Shown: piece by piece, positions 50,800 to 64,000 of the stretch
How the letters are laid out: the number at the start of each line of letters is the position of its first letter
Numbering within the stretch: position 1 is the stretch's first letter
From: Macrostomum hystrix
Taxonomy: Eukaryota > Animalia > Platyhelminthes
Assembly: GCA_950097015.1 (NCBI GenBank)
Contig: CATNEN010000012.1
Span: forward strand, 930,001-994,000
Reading direction: 5' to 3'
DNA: 64,000 bases
Translations under genes and position numbers: made by a program
Notes under the pieces: generated by a model
The model's database searches: none
What the model saw: the letters and a program-made list of their open reading frames with translations, nothing else
What the model was told of the DNA's origin: nothing

Positions 50800-52268
50800 C
50801 AGGTGGTATTGGGAAGAAAGACAGGTGTATTAGAGCAGAAAGACGGGATTAGAGCAGAAAGACGGGGATTAGAGCAGAAAGACATGTGGATTAGAGCAGA
50901 AAGACAGGTGTATTAGAGCAGAAAGACGGGATTAGAGCAGAAAGACGAGGATTAGAGCAGAGAGACAGGTGGATTAGAGCAGAAAGACAGGTGGATTAGA
51001 GCAGAAAGACATGTGGATTAGAGCAGAAAGACATTTGGATTAGAGCAGAAAGACATGTGGATTAGAGCAGAAAGACAGTCGGATTAGAGCAGAAAGACAG
51101 TCGGATTAGAGCAGAAAGACGGGGATTAGAGCAGAAAGACGTGGATTAGAACAGAAAGACAGGTGGATTAGAACAGAAAGACAGGTGGATTAGAGCAGAA
51201 AGACAGGTGGATTAGAGCAGAAAGACAGGTGGATTAGAGCAGAAAGACAGGTGGATTAGAGAGGAAAGACAGGTGGATTAGAGCAGAAAGACATGTGGAT
51301 TAAAGCAGAAAGACAGGTGGATAAAAGCAGAAAGACAGGTGGATAAAAGCAGAAAGACAGGTGGATTAGAGCAGAAAGACGGGGATTAGAGCAGAAAGAC
51401 GTGGATTAGAACAGAAAGACAGGTGGATTAGAACAGAAAGACAGGTGGATTAGAGCAGAAAGACAGGTGGATTAGAGCAGAAAGACAGGTGGATTAGAGC
51501 AGAAAGACAGGTGGATTAGAGAGGAAAGACAGGTGGATTAGAGCAGAAAGACAGGCGGATTAGAGCAGAAAGACGGGGATTAGACCAGAAAGACGGGGAT
51601 TAGAGCAGAAAGACATGTGGATTAGAGCAGAAAGACAGTCAGATTAGAGCAGAAAGACATGTGGATTAGAGCAGAATGACGGGGATTAGAGCAGAAAGAC
51701 AGGTGGATTAAAGCAGAAAGACAGGTGGATAAAAGCAGAAAGACAGGTGGATTAGAGCAGAAAGACAGGTGGATTAGAGCAGAAAGACAGGTGGATTAGA
51801 GCAGAAAGACATGTGGATTAAAGCAGAAAGACAGGTGGATAAAAGCAGAAAGACAGGTGGATAAAAGCAGAAAGACAGGTGGATTAGAGCAGAATGACGG
51901 GGATTAGAGCAGAAAGACATGTGGATTAAAGCAGAAAGACAGGTGGATTAGAGCAGAAAGACAGGTGGATTAGAGCAGAAAGACATGTGGATTAAAGCAG
52001 AAAGACAGGTGGATAAAAGCAGAAAGACAGGTGGATAAAAGCAGAAAGACAGGTGGATTAGAGCAGAATGACGGGGATTAGAGCAGAAAGACAGGTGGAT
52101 TAAAGCAGAAAGACAGGTGGATAAAAGCAGAAAGACAGGTGGATTAGAGCAGAAAGACAGGTGGATTAAAGCAGAAAGACAGGTGGATAAAAGCAGAAAG
52201 ACAGGTGGATTAGAGCAGAAAGACAGGTGGATTAGAGCAGAAAGACAGGTGGATTAGAGCAGAAAGAC
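50800..52268. repeat. 22-bp minisatellite (GGATTAGAGCAGAAAGACAGGT)n with 20-bp variants
   Basis: Read directly. Confidence 0.96.
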
Positions 52269-52674
52269 ATTGAATATGTTTGACGAATTTTGTGGTTATG
52301 AGCGGTAAAACAGTATAGCGGGGATAAGAAACCTGCGGACAATATTCGGTTTAATCTGCGCACTTTACAGCGCTGTGGCTGGCTAAGCTTGAACCCAGAG
52401 TGGACTGGCACCAACCTACAGAGGCCGGGCAGGTGGATGTCGGAGGCGAAAGCAGGCGTGTATCATCATGGAACCGGTGATTCATTCCGATTCGCGGCGC
52501 AATATCGTCTTTTCGGGCGGGGGGGATTTTGCGCTAACGGCGCTTCCGGATCCAGATGTAAACGGGAACCTTGTTGCTAGGAGTGCACAAGCTTCATATT
52601 CGGTCTTAAATAAAAAAATGGGATTTGAAATAGTTTGGGATTTACAAGTAGGATTTAGAGGATTTTGGATGGGA

Positions 52675-52905
52675 TTCGGGATTTAGAAGATTCGGGATTT
52701 AAAAGATTCGGGATTTAGAAGATTCGGGATTTAAAAGATTCGGGATTCAGAAGATTCGGGATTTAAAAGATTCGGGATTCAGAAGATTCGGGATTTAAAA
52801 GATTCGGGATTTAAAAGATTACTATTTAAAAGATTCAGGATTTTGAAGATTCGGGATTTAGAAGATTCGGGATTTTGAAGATTCGGGATTTAATAGATTG
52901 GGATT
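52675..52905. repeat. 16-bp minisatellite (GATTCGGGATTTAAAA)n
   Basis: Read directly. Confidence 0.92.
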
Positions 52906-53839
52906 TAAAAGACCTTTTCACCAAGGTCTTCGACAACTATTGCTGAATATCTATCCCTGACGTCGGACGGCTTTGAAAACTAGTTTATCACTAAAAGGGC
53001 AAAAAATGGATCCAAATGGAGGATTAAATCGAAAGTCGGTCATCCGGTTTGGGAGCTGTCGTGAAGTAGGCAGTCTTGAAATATTTAAAACACGCCCGAG
53101 GTAATTTCTCAGGGGGAAATTGCGAAAATAGTCTTGCTACCGTTAATCCTATTGGCTTATCTATCTATTGGATCCCAGACATTGCACATTCAAAGACGAA
53201 TAAGCTCAGAAAGTTACTTAAAATGGTAAATAATTTCAGAAGCAAGCAGCTCGGTGTCTCGATAACCTGCTGCTCTAGTGTGACCTCTTGCCCCCCCCCC
53301 CCTACCAGTTGAGCTCTTTGGAGACAGGTCGGTTGAGGCGCAGAGAATTGAGCAATTCAACGGGTCAGAGCCAGATAGAGCTATGCGAATTCGCGTCAGT
53401 CATTGCCCCTGACCCCACTGCCCAGCACCCGCCCCCAGTCAAAGCAGAAGTCATAACCTGTTGTACACAACAACTCAGCTTTTAACTAACAATGCCACTG
53501 CTTAAAATTTAATTTCAGTTTTAAGACAATGAGGCAAATGTGCAGCCTTGCCTTGCATTCGGCTGCTTTTAATTTGCTTCTGTATTGTTTCTTAGGTCTT
53601 TTGCTTCCTCAAAATAGTTATTTTCAAGTTAGCAAAAGTACATTAAATTTAGAATTTTAGATTTTTCCTTAGGCTTAAAAATAAATGTGGGATTCTGATT
53701 TAAAGATCTTTAATTTCCCATTTTCTGTTTCTACCATAGACATGCTTGCCGAAGCCAAACACTCAAAAATGACCATAGACTATAATTATTAATTCGTTAA
53801 CACTCGTTAATACTCTGTGGGAAGTGGCACTATCATTTG

Positions 53840-53900
53840 GCGCCCTAAATGAATGTGGCCTCGCCGCGGAATCGAACTCACGAACATTCTTGCGTTAGAT
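53840..53900 (-). mobile_element. Fragment of the tRNA-headed element seen at 29258-29520
   Basis: 38/41 nt identity to 29309-29349, plus a shared upstream TCTAACGC. Confidence 0.6.
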
Positions 53901-54909
53901 AATAAAACAGCAGATTAGAGTTATGGAGTTATTTCCAATCCCAGCGATCTGCTTTGGAATTGGAAGCCAATGTCAAATTGGTAGGAGAAATTCGTTGTTC
54001 GGCTCACTTTGCTGGAGGACCAGAAATTGGAATTCTTTCTCGGAGACCAAAGCGGAGCAGGGAGAGGAGGCGAAAAAAAAGATTAACTTCCCTTAAACTA
54101 GACCGAGGACTCGAGATTTGAGTTCGAACTCGCCGACGAATTTTGAGCAGTCTCGGGTGGAGGTGGGAGTTTATCAGTGGATAGGCAAAAGTTAGTGGCC
54201 GAAATTCGGCTTCCCATTGGGAGAACTTTTTGAGATTATCAGCCCGATTAGGTTAGGCCAGGACCGGGGGAAAGAATTGGCAGTGCGCGGTCCGTGAATG
54301 CGGGGCTTCACTACTGCCTGCCTGCCAATTTCTCATTTTGTCCACAATTTCGACTGTTGCGGCTTGTCTAGGGATTTGAACTTGGACTAAATGGGCGATG
54401 CGACCTGGACCTTCGCATTCTGGCTGTTGGGGGGTTTAAGGATTTTGGGATTCGGAAGTTTGTTTGTGAAATTTGGGATCAGGACCAAAGCGGGAGCGCT
54501 CCATGGGAACACTTTTTTGGTCCGAAGCTTTGCCTACATGAAAGAATTCGTCAAAAAGGTAGCATTGCAACCAAAACAGTGTTTTTCTGGATAACGAATC
54601 TCGATAATTTTGAAAATAAATTGTTCTCTTCAGTGCAAGAAAGCATTTAAGTCCAAATTTGGGATTTAAGTGCATTGATTTTTTTCGCAATCCATTTAGA
54701 ACGGGAAATTTTGCTTAAATGGAAAAACAATAGAGGAGATATTTTTGAAAATATCGCATATGGGAAGAATAGGCACACAAAATAGACTGCTGGGAATTTT
54801 CGCATTTAAGGACAAATACAATGGGAATATGAGGATGCGAAATGGGGAAATGGAAAGATTAGGGCGCTTGGCGATAATAAAAAAAGAGAATGGATTTCGA
54901 CTAATATAT

Positions 54910-55210
54910 AGATAATCCTGGATAGAGACAGATAAGCTTGGATAGAGACAGGTAAGCTTGGATAGAGACAGGTAAGTTTGGATAGAGACAGATAAGCTTG
55001 GATAGAGACAGGTAAGCTTGGATAGAGACAGGTAAGCTTGGATAGAGACAGATAAGCTTGGATAGAGACAGGTAAGCTTGGATAGAGACAAATAAGCTTG
55101 GATAGAGACAAATAAGCTTGGATAGAAATAGATAAGATCGGATAGAGACAATCGACTTGGATAGAGACAGATCAGATCGGATAGAGACAGATCGACTTGG
55201 ATAGAGACAG
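54910..55210. repeat. 20-bp minisatellite (TTGGATAGAGACAG[G/A]TAAGC)n
   Basis: Read directly. Confidence 0.93.
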
Positions 55211-55258
55211 CAAAAGCACAGATGATGACTAGCAACTAGTTCTCAAAGTAGTTCTCAC

Positions 55259-55415
55259 CCGAGTCGCTGTCAGATGAGAATGAGTCGCCCGACTCGCAGG
55301 CGGGGATCCAGTGCACAGCCTGAGCGGCGTCAAATCTGGTGCACTTCACAACAGCGGGGAGAGCAGCCATTGGCTGAATTGCAGAGGCCTGCTGCGATGA
55401 CTGACTCTTGATCAT
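55259..55415 (-). CDS. Candidate distal 5' coding exon of the RasGAP gene (MIKSQSSQQASAIQPM...DSFSSDSDS)
   Basis: GC-rich 52 codons plus 1 nt; ends TCG G|gtgaga in phase 1, matching the acceptor at 39499. Confidence 0.5.
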
Positions 55416-55701
55416 GGCTGACTGGATTGGCTTTAAGACTGCAGCGACCCGTCACTCATCTGAGACTAGGAGGCCTTAGAGGGTTTCTGACAAACAAAAA
55501 ATTTAGGGATATTTTCAGATAAATCTGACCTAGGAATTGTCTTAGTATTCGCCTCGCGTGCTCTGTTAATAGCTCCATTCTGTCAGGCATTTTTACCTTT
55601 AACTGCGGGCCCTCTTACTGGCTGGCAGGGCTGGCCAATCAGAATTGACTTAGAAAAGAAAATTGATAAAACTATTGGCATACCACTTCGAGTAGACGAC
55701 A

Positions 55702-56175
55702 TGTCTGTAAAACAGTAGACTGTAAAACAGTAGACTGTAAAACAGTAGACTGTAAAACAGTAGACTGTAAAACAGTAGACTGTAAAACATTAGACTGTAA
55801 AACAGTAGACTGTAAAACAGTAGACTGTAAAACAGTAGACTGTAAAACAGTAAAACAGTTAAAACAGTAGACTGTAAAACAGTAGACTGTAAAACAGTAG
55901 ACTGTAAATCAGTAAAACAGTTAAAACAGTAGACTGTAAATCAGTAAAACAGTTAAAACAGTAGACTGTAAAACAGTAGACTGTAAATCAGTAAAACAGT
56001 TAAAACAGTAGACTGTAAAACAGTAGACTGTAAAACAGTAGACTGTAAAACAGTAGACTGTAAAACAGTAGACTGTAAAACAGTAGACTGTAAAACAGTA
56101 GACTGTAAAACAGTAGACTGTAAAACAGTAGACTGTAAAACAGTAGACTGTAAAACAGTAGACTGTAAAACAGTA
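55702..56175. repeat. 15-bp minisatellite (CTGTAAAACAGTAGA)n
   Basis: Read directly. Confidence 0.95.
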
Positions 56176-56949
56176 GTATTAAACAGTCATTAACAGGCAA
56201 TGAAACCGCGTTGATCCTAAATATGTAAATATATCTCTAAAAATGTAAATTTTAAAATCAAGAGACTATTGAAAAAAACAATAAGAACATGTAATCATTC
56301 AGTTTAAGCTATAATTGTTGATTTAGATCATGCCGCATTTTCAGTGGAACTGTCAGTCAAATGAAAATTACAATAATGTCTTGGATTGACATATTTTAAG
56401 CAAAGCCATGCGCCAACAACGGACAGTGCCTACAGATATGCTTGAGAACTGTGTGCTATAGAAAATACTGGTTAAAGCAATTAGTACTCACTTATCGTTT
56501 GCTTTATTTTTACCTGGAAACCAAGCTAGCCAATTTTCGCGAGAACTTTTGATTTTCGTGTCAAAATTGAATGAAAATAAAACACGTAGCAACAAGAGGT
56601 CCCCCGGGCTATAAACTGCTTGCGACCCATCGCAATGGGGGAATGGCCTACAATACATTGTCCGTTGTCTCACTTTCAAGTTTCTCACCTGCTCATGCAA
56701 TATTACCTGTGGCGTAATGCAAAACTGGAGATAACTTTTTCAATCTTAACATTGCCAACCAAACCCTGAGGCTATTGAGAATGTCTAGCTTTATGCAACA
56801 TTTGAAGTTTTGTCAAAATCAATTACGTAACAGTTGCGCGTTCGAGGTGAAACTTGTGAAATTCTAATGATAAATGCCAATCTCAAAATCTTAAAAATAC
56901 CTAGTGTCCTTAGTTTGTCATTTAAGGATATCCGATTTAGAAACTTTCC

Positions 56950-57207
56950 TGTTTGAGAAGATTTTGTTTAGGAAGATTCTGGTTTGGGAAGATTCTAGTT
57001 TGGGAAGATTCTAGTTTGGGAAGATTCTAGTTTGGGAAGATTCTGGTTTGGGAAGATTCTAGTTTGGGAAGATTCTAGTTTGGGAAGATTCTGGTTTGGG
57101 AAGATTTTGTTTAGGAAGATTCTGGTTGGGAAGATTCTAGTTTGGGAAGATTCTGGTTTGGGAAGATTCTAGTTTGGGAAGATTCTGGTTTGGGAAGATT
57201 CTGGTTT
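56950..57207. repeat. 16-bp minisatellite (GGGAAGATTCT[A/G]GTTT)n
   Basis: Read directly. Confidence 0.93.
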
Positions 57208-57674
57208 CGTAATTTCATAGCTTTACAGTGATAAGTGATAAGAGTTCAATAATTTTCTCAGACAGGCCGCATACTTTATCGCAAAATGTCGCTGAAAAAA
57301 AGTTGCCATTTTAAGCCCAATGTAAGCAAAACAGGATATTCTGACAGGCAAGTCACGACTGACGCGGGGATTATGTCTAGCACGTGATCCCAGTGACTCA
57401 CAGCCGAGACCATTATATTGACTTGTGTTTATCAGGCCTCAATTGAAAACTGTTCATATTTTGAGAAGATTACAGTAGGTCAAAGACAAATGCCATTGTT
57501 TCAATAGAAAAAGTCAATAGCATTGTGTCTTGACATTTAAATGACGGATTTGTACAGGCAACCCTGTTTTCATTTGGATTTTGGGTAATCTGTTGTTGAC
57601 CTCGGTTACTGAGTCTGCATCGTTTGAGTACTCACTGACACCAATCACAACTCTGAAAGCTCTGAAAATCTTGC

Positions 57675-58263
57675 TGACACCTCTACTGACACCCCTGCTG
57701 ACACATCTGCTTCAACCTGCTGACACCCCTGCTGACACATCTGCTTCAACCTGCTGACACCCCTGCTGACACATCTGCTTCAACCTGCTGACACCCCTGC
57801 TGACACATCTGCTTCAACCTGCTGACACCCCTGCTGACACATCTGCTTCAACCTGCTGACACCCCTGCTGACACATCTGCTTCAACCTGCTGACACCCCT
57901 GCTGACACATCTGCTTCAACTTGCTGACACCCCTGCTGACACATCTGCTTCAACTTGCTGACACATCTGCTTCAACCTGCTGACACATCTGCTTCAACCT
58001 GCTGACACCCCTGCTGACACATCTGCTTCAACCTGCTGACACATCTGCTTCAACCTGCTGACACATCTGCTTCAACCTGCTGACACATCTGCTTCAACCT
58101 GCTGACACATCTGCTTCAACCTGCTGACACATCTGCTTCAACCTGCTGACACATCTGCTTCAACCTGCTGACACATCTGCTTCAACCTGCTGACACATCT
58201 GCTTCAACCTGCTGACACATCTGCTTCAACCTGCTGACACATCTGCTTCAACCTGCTGACACA
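57675..58263. repeat. 22-bp (CTGCTGACACATCTGCTTCAAC)n with a 35-bp composite variant
   Basis: Read directly. Confidence 0.94.
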
Positions 58264-61200
58264 TGTTTACATATTCGCTGTAAAAACCACACAGAGAAAA
58301 CACACATCGTTTTCAATACGTTTTCAATCGTTTTCAAGACAGAATATTTGACTGTCCGTTTCCAGCTCAGCAATAAGTTGAGCAGTGGCTCAATTGTAAA
58401 CCTGATTCTTTTCGCTGAACAAATCAAATGAGACTGTAAGAACATTGCTATAATAAAAATTCAAGAACAGAGGCAATCTTTGTAATGCGTTTCAAAGCTT
58501 AAATGTTAAACCTGTTGATCCAATCTTTTTAGCTTAATCAGAGTTAACTTAGTAAAGTAGAGTAGGAGCGCGACCACGCCATCATATTGAAAGCCCTGAT
58601 ATTTCTGACACATTTGAGACATTGAGATTGCTCGAAATTCGATCTATCCCTATCGAGTTAGCACTCTAGTCCTTCATGGGATTAAAATGATTCTCAGAGG
58701 AGCTCGGGCGCAGCAACTCGGTTGTCTGAATTTCGGGGTGGGGGAATATTGTGTGTCTGAGGTTGGCGGCCGGGACCCAGACACGCGGATAAGGGGGGTG
58801 ATAAATTAATGCGCTCAGGCAGGCCGAAGTGTCGCTCTGAACTGCGCCTGTCTTCGTTGTCATAAATCAGCGAGCCTTATTAACTCCCGCAGCGGGACCT
58901 ATCCGGGTTTAAAAGGCTGACTTATCGCACGCCTCCTACACTAAAAATCCCTAAATTTCTGCGAAAGCATCATCAGATCCAAGGGAAAAAAGTAAAAAAG
59001 ACAGACTTGAAAAGAAAAGAAAACGAAGAATGGGGAACAATTGTATAGTGCCCGCGCGTAGCACTGCGGCTGACTTGCGTGCGTCACGTTGATTGAAGAG
59101 TGGCGCTGGCTGTAAATGACTGAATGTGTCAAACGGTTTGCATAAAGTGGGAATCGGGGGATATATACACGGTCTTATATATGCATATCTAGAGCTTCAA
59201 ACTGCACTGCCTATTTGCCTGTCTGTCTTTCTCTTTCTTCTCTGTCTTTCTTGCCGTTTCGGTCATTCTTTGTGGTCGGTCTATTCTTAGAAAACTGGTT
59301 TAAGTGTCCGGGTCACCACAGGTTAGAGCTGTCCTTCCTGTGTGCAATCGGAAGCGGAAGGGCTGGTCTGTTAGTTTTTTCCCATTGCAGTGATGCTGCA
59401 CATTTCTGAGCAGTCAAGCTATATTGCTTGCTGGATTAAAGAAACGACCTACACGTTGGGGTGCCGACTGATTTTCCAATTGTGGCTGAGCAAACACGGG
59501 CCGGGTGAGTTGAGACAGGATCAGCAATAGCTGTCCTCTCGTGCTATGAATTTTCTCTTAAAAGCCGCTGCAATAAAAATATTAGCTAGTATAAAAAACT
59601 GAGAAGCATTTTTGCATGTTATGACTTTATGAAAGAGCCATAGGAGAGGCTAATAAAGAGCTAGCGATCTCGGTACCCACACCCAGCCCTAAACCGCTGA
59701 GTGATTGACTTATATTGACTGATGACAAGCTGACAGCCCGGTTCCTAAATGACGCTTCTATAGTCTGTATCCCATATTCCTACTCCTATTGTGGACTTCA
59801 GATCACGTGGGGAATTTAAATTCTCCCCTTGTACGCATATAGTGGAGTGAAGCTTCAAGATAGCAGTCATGCATTTCCGATTAAAATGACATGTAAACAT
59901 AGTAAAATAATGCTGTCTTGAAATAGAAAGGAATTGTTTTGTCTGCACTGAGTTGTGAAAGGTGAGAAGGGAAAAATAAATAATAGGATACAGCGCAGAA
60001 CTGAAAGGGTAAAGTTCGTTTTGCTTTCCTCACACTACTGTAAAATTCAGAATGCGTCTTTTATGTAAATGTATCTGGTTATTTTCTCAGATTGACCAAA
60101 CTTTGACAATACATTAAACAGTATTAAAATAATTCAATTGTGGCCAAGAATATAGCTCACCAAAATGGTCAGCTTACCAAAATGTGAATCGACATAATTC
60201 AAATTTCCGAATTCACATATAAATACCTAAATCTTGAATCCTTTACAAAGGTAGTGCAAGCTAGGTCCCCGAAAAAAACTAGAACTCAGAATTTTTTCAA
60301 AACAAACGGATAACTATCGAACTAGTATTCAAATTAAGACAGGCAAAAAATACTTTAACATGCACCGCCACCATACGATACGACACATTTAGTCAAGGAC
60401 TACCGAAACCGTATCAGTAGTCCTTCTGAGGGCTTGTAAAGTAAAGCATGATAATTCTTATAATGCAAAGTAATCTAAATTATAAATTGATAATGCTGAT
60501 GATAATGCAATCACGATGCAATGCAATGATAATGCAAAATAAGTCAAGAAAAAATGAGTTCCAGACCTGTTGGAGAAGACATTCTCCCCTTATATAAGAC
60601 AGATATCTTACTGAAATCACAATGCTTTAAAAGAAATAAGTGAAAACATTGAGATTTCTTTTTTGTTTTTCTTGGCACGCGACTTAGTATTAAACTATTT
60701 ATGTGTTTGTAGTACGTATAAATTCTCTCGGAATTAATTTGAGCAATGTTTTAAAATGGATCAAACTTTTTGTTATCGACAAAAAACATCTGTCAATTAA
60801 CGCAGGAAAAAAACTAAAATTAGAAAATACATTGCATGATTTGATAAATAAATAAATAGTAGCCTAGTTAAAGAAAAAACCTATCTGTAACTTTTTGTTA
60901 TACCTTGTGTTACTTGTTCCTCCTCTATTACATCGCAGCTGTTACATTTTTTCTTTACTGATCCGGTTTGCTATCAGGTGAGTTTAGTAATTCATTCTTA
61001 ATATAATTTTTCAACTTTAGCACAATGATTGCATATCATTATTTATATCGTTCCGAATAATAGGATAATAGATTAAAAAGTATGGGTATAAGTATTGGAT
61101 TCCTATCATTATTTACAATTATTTGTCGCTAGCTAGCTAGGCCTACTTGTGTCCGTTAAAAATGTATGCTAATGTCATTCTAGTAATGGTAGCTATATAC

Positions 61201-63283
61201 GGCCTGCGACTTAGATTCTCATAATGCCGTTTAGTTTTAAACTTTGTAGTTGCGATAAGCAAAAAGTCTAGCTACGTTTTTAGTGTAGCGTGAAACAATG
61301 GCATTGTAGACTTTAGAATTATGACAACTGCATGTTTATTAAGCCCTTTGATAGTGTTGTAATATAGAATTATTGACGTAACTAGCTAACATAAAAGGCT
61401 AGGCTAGCGAGGGATAAATTAATTTATAGATAATCTTTAAAGAGAATTAGCTATTTCAAATAGGCCTATTAAATTATAGCTTAAATTGATAATAGGATAA
61501 GTGGCAATGTTCTACTTCCGTTCGTTATATTATTTCTTCGTTTGTATTCATGCCACATGTGGATTCTGAGTTTAAAAAGGTTGTGCTGACATGGCTTTGC
61601 CGTGACTTGACACTTGGATCTATGTCTATGGCAAAATCTGGCAAATATGAGGGAACAGGAAGCTAAAGCACAGAAATTCTGCAGCTGAAGATTTTGCAAA
61701 GGCCAAGCTGCGTCAAATGCATGGCACAAGTGCTGCTCTATTCAAAAGCCACCTCAAAGAATTCTTATGGTGCCATCTATACCCCAAGAATAGCTTCGGT
61801 GCCCTCCTCTACTGGATTAGGCACTATAACCCGGTTTGAAAGAAGAAAGACTGACCAAGACTTTTCAGAACTGTGTGACCAAACTACTGACTTTTTGTTA
61901 CCATTAAACTTGTTTTTTGTCGTTATCTGTCATTTGCAACAAAAAGTAATATAACAAACAGAAGCAGAACATTGCTGGATAAGTGCTTGTTTTGTCAGGT
62001 TTTGTAACTAATTAGCTATTTGTGATATTTCTACAATTTCTACATTTTATGGGTTATAGAAATGTTTTCCCACTATTACATGTTGATCATTTGGAATTTG
62101 TATATATAGTTGGTTACAAGCTATTGTACCTATAAAACAGATTTCAGAATCTAGAATGTGTCTTGTTAGAATATAAAATTACATTAAAAGTTTTCAAGAC
62201 TAGACAAAATAAGAAGTAGCAAAGAAAGAATATTATTATGCATTATAAATATTATCTGAAGCCTTTTATTTAATTAAAAGAATCTAAAGTTTTAAAGAAA
62301 GTAAAGCATAAATAGTAATGAATATTGATTTGTAAGTTTTTGATTTATTAAAAGTCATTATTAGTTTAAAAAATGATGACTAAAAGTCAGTTAAGTCTCT
62401 AAAAGAAAAAATAAAGAACTTTACCATTTTAGTCAGACTACTATAAATATGAACATAGCATTGTTGAAAAGAAATATTTTTTCTTATGATTGAAATAATA
62501 GAAATAATAGTTATTATAGGAAATTAATACTTTTCAGTTTGTTTACAATCCATTCAATAATATATAATTCTCCTTGTTAATAATGAATTAATTTTAAAAC
62601 CATAATTTAGAAAAGAAAAATGTTAACAACAAAAAAGTTATTAATGTATTGTTTGATGTCTTATTCAATAAAGGAAGATAAGATTATTCATTCTAGTTAC
62701 AAGACCTTAAATGTATGTTTTCAATTTTAGCTTAAGCTAATTGAAAAAAACTTAATCCACTTTGCATAGGCATGTCACATCAGCGGAAATAAAATTGAAA
62801 TGATATTAAATACCCTATTGGAAAAGTTGACAATTGGCAGACAGTGTTTGGTATGCTTTTTGGATTTGTCTAAAGAGCAGCATGTGGGGCACTTTTCCTA
62901 CTTAACTGCTACTTGAAAATATTTAAGCAGCCAGCAGAAAGAGGGATGGATTGGCCATGAAAACTGGCACAAACAGCATAAACCTTGACCATGGGGTGGT
63001 GCTAGGCTAAAGCACACCTTTCTCATTCCTTAATTTTAAAGTGTGTCCATGGATTTTGAACTTTTATTCCTATAGGGATTAGATAAAGGAAAAAAAGCTT
63101 AACTTTCTTTGTGACACTGTTCAAAATAGCTAATTTGCTAAATAATAACTTTTCTTAGCTAACCAGTGTTTTTATACCCCACCTTTTATCATTTTAGAGT
63201 CAACGTTGCTAGGAACCTTGGAGTCCTAATCTAGCATTTTTAATCTTAATATATTCTAATCTAACTCAATTCAACATTCAACA

Positions 63284-64000
63284 ATGGGAGAAGGTGGAGC
63301 TTACATGAAGGACCTGTCGTTCGCTGAGAACTTCGGCCTGTCTGGTGCTGCTGCTGTCATCTCCAAGACTGCTGCTGCCCCAATTGAGCGTGTTAAGTTG
63401 CTAGTGCAGAACCAGGCCGAGATGATCAAGGCTGGCCGCCTCGACAAGCCCTACAGTGGTGTCGTCGACTGCACTGTGCGCACCTTCCGCACCGAGGGCC
63501 TGCTGCCATTCTGGCGTGGCAACCTGGCCAACTGCATCCGTTACTTTCCCACTCAGGCGCTGAACTTCGCTTTCAAGGACCAGATCAAGGCCATCTTCAA
63601 TCCGTCCAAGAAGGACTCTTACCTGGTGTCCTTCGGCAAGAACGTCGCCAGCGGTGGCGCCGCCGGTGCCATGTCCCTTTGCTTCGTGTACTCTCTAGAC
63701 TATGCCCGTACCCGTCTGGCTAACGACACCAAGTCAGTTAAGAAGGGCGGCGAGCGCCAGTTCAACGGCCTGGTGGATGTGTACCGCAAGACTCTAGCCT
63801 CCGACGGCTTCGTTGGACTGTACCGCGGCTTCGTCATCTCCTGCGTTGGTATCATCGTGTACCGCGGCTTCTACTTCGGTCTGTACGATACCCTGAAGCC
63901 TATCATGCTGGGCGACAATGCCGGCATGGTTCTCAGCTTCGCCCTGGGCTACACTGTAACCATCACCGCCGGCCTCATCTCCTACCCGATCGACACCATC
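63284..64000 (+). CDS. ANT: Mitochondrial ADP/ATP carrier (adenine nucleotide translocase), 5' 239 codons, truncated by the window edge
   Basis: Open frame from ATG 63284 to the edge: [61 protein letters not shown]. Absent from the ORF track because no stop lies in the window. Confidence 0.97.
   Translation, partial: MGEGGAYMKDLSFAENFGLSGAAAVISKTAAAPIERVKLLVQNQAEMIKAGRLDKPYSGVVDCTVRTFRTEGLLPFWRGNLANCIRYFPTQALNFAFKDQIKAIFNPSKKDSYLVSFGKNVASGGAAGAMSLCFVYSLDYARTRLANDTKSVKKGGERQFNGLVDVYRKTLASDGFVGLYRGFVISCVGIIVYRGFYFGLYDTLKPIMLGDNAGMVLSFALGYTVTITAGLISYPIDTI

Noticed and set aside
59400-63280. Possible genes in the AT-rich stretch before ANT
   Set aside because: Only short ORFs without homology or clear exon signals; probably promoter, UTR or intergenic DNA.

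Overview
This is eukaryotic (animal) genomic DNA, not prokaryotic: spliced genes with GT-AG introns, GC-rich exons and about 30 distinct mini/microsatellite arrays. Gene style, minisatellite-filled introns and the ANT clade suggest a lophotrochozoan, probably a free-living flatworm such as Macrostomum (inference only). Five + strand genes lie head to tail: the 3' part of a Piezo channel (5476-11839), Elongin C (13836-14195), SDHAF4 (16163-16495), a single-domain phosphoethanolamine N-methyltransferase (17891-19074) and a DEG/ENaC channel (21684-25051). A convergent polyQ-rich SynGAP/DAB2IP/RASAL2-family RasGAP follows on the - strand (core 30614-39499; candidate alternative 5' exons at 40.3, 44.4 and 55.3 kb). 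The window ends in the 5' part of an ADP/ATP carrier (63284 to the edge). Mobile DNA comprises a tRNA-derived SINE family (3 copies, one full length with a 12-bp TSD), a second tRNA-headed structured element (2 copies) and a Tourist/PIF-like MITE with a TTA TSD. Most long ORFs in the supplied track are repeat artefacts. The most notable signals are a DEG/ENaC ORF that starts at a splice acceptor with no ATG (possibly supplied by a spliced leader), operon-like spacing in the + strand cluster, introns filled by private minisatellites (two related arrays in inverted orientation flank a frame-preserving Piezo exon) and a divergent Piezo pore motif. Exon boundaries were derived by eye from splice consensus and reading phase; no database search was run.
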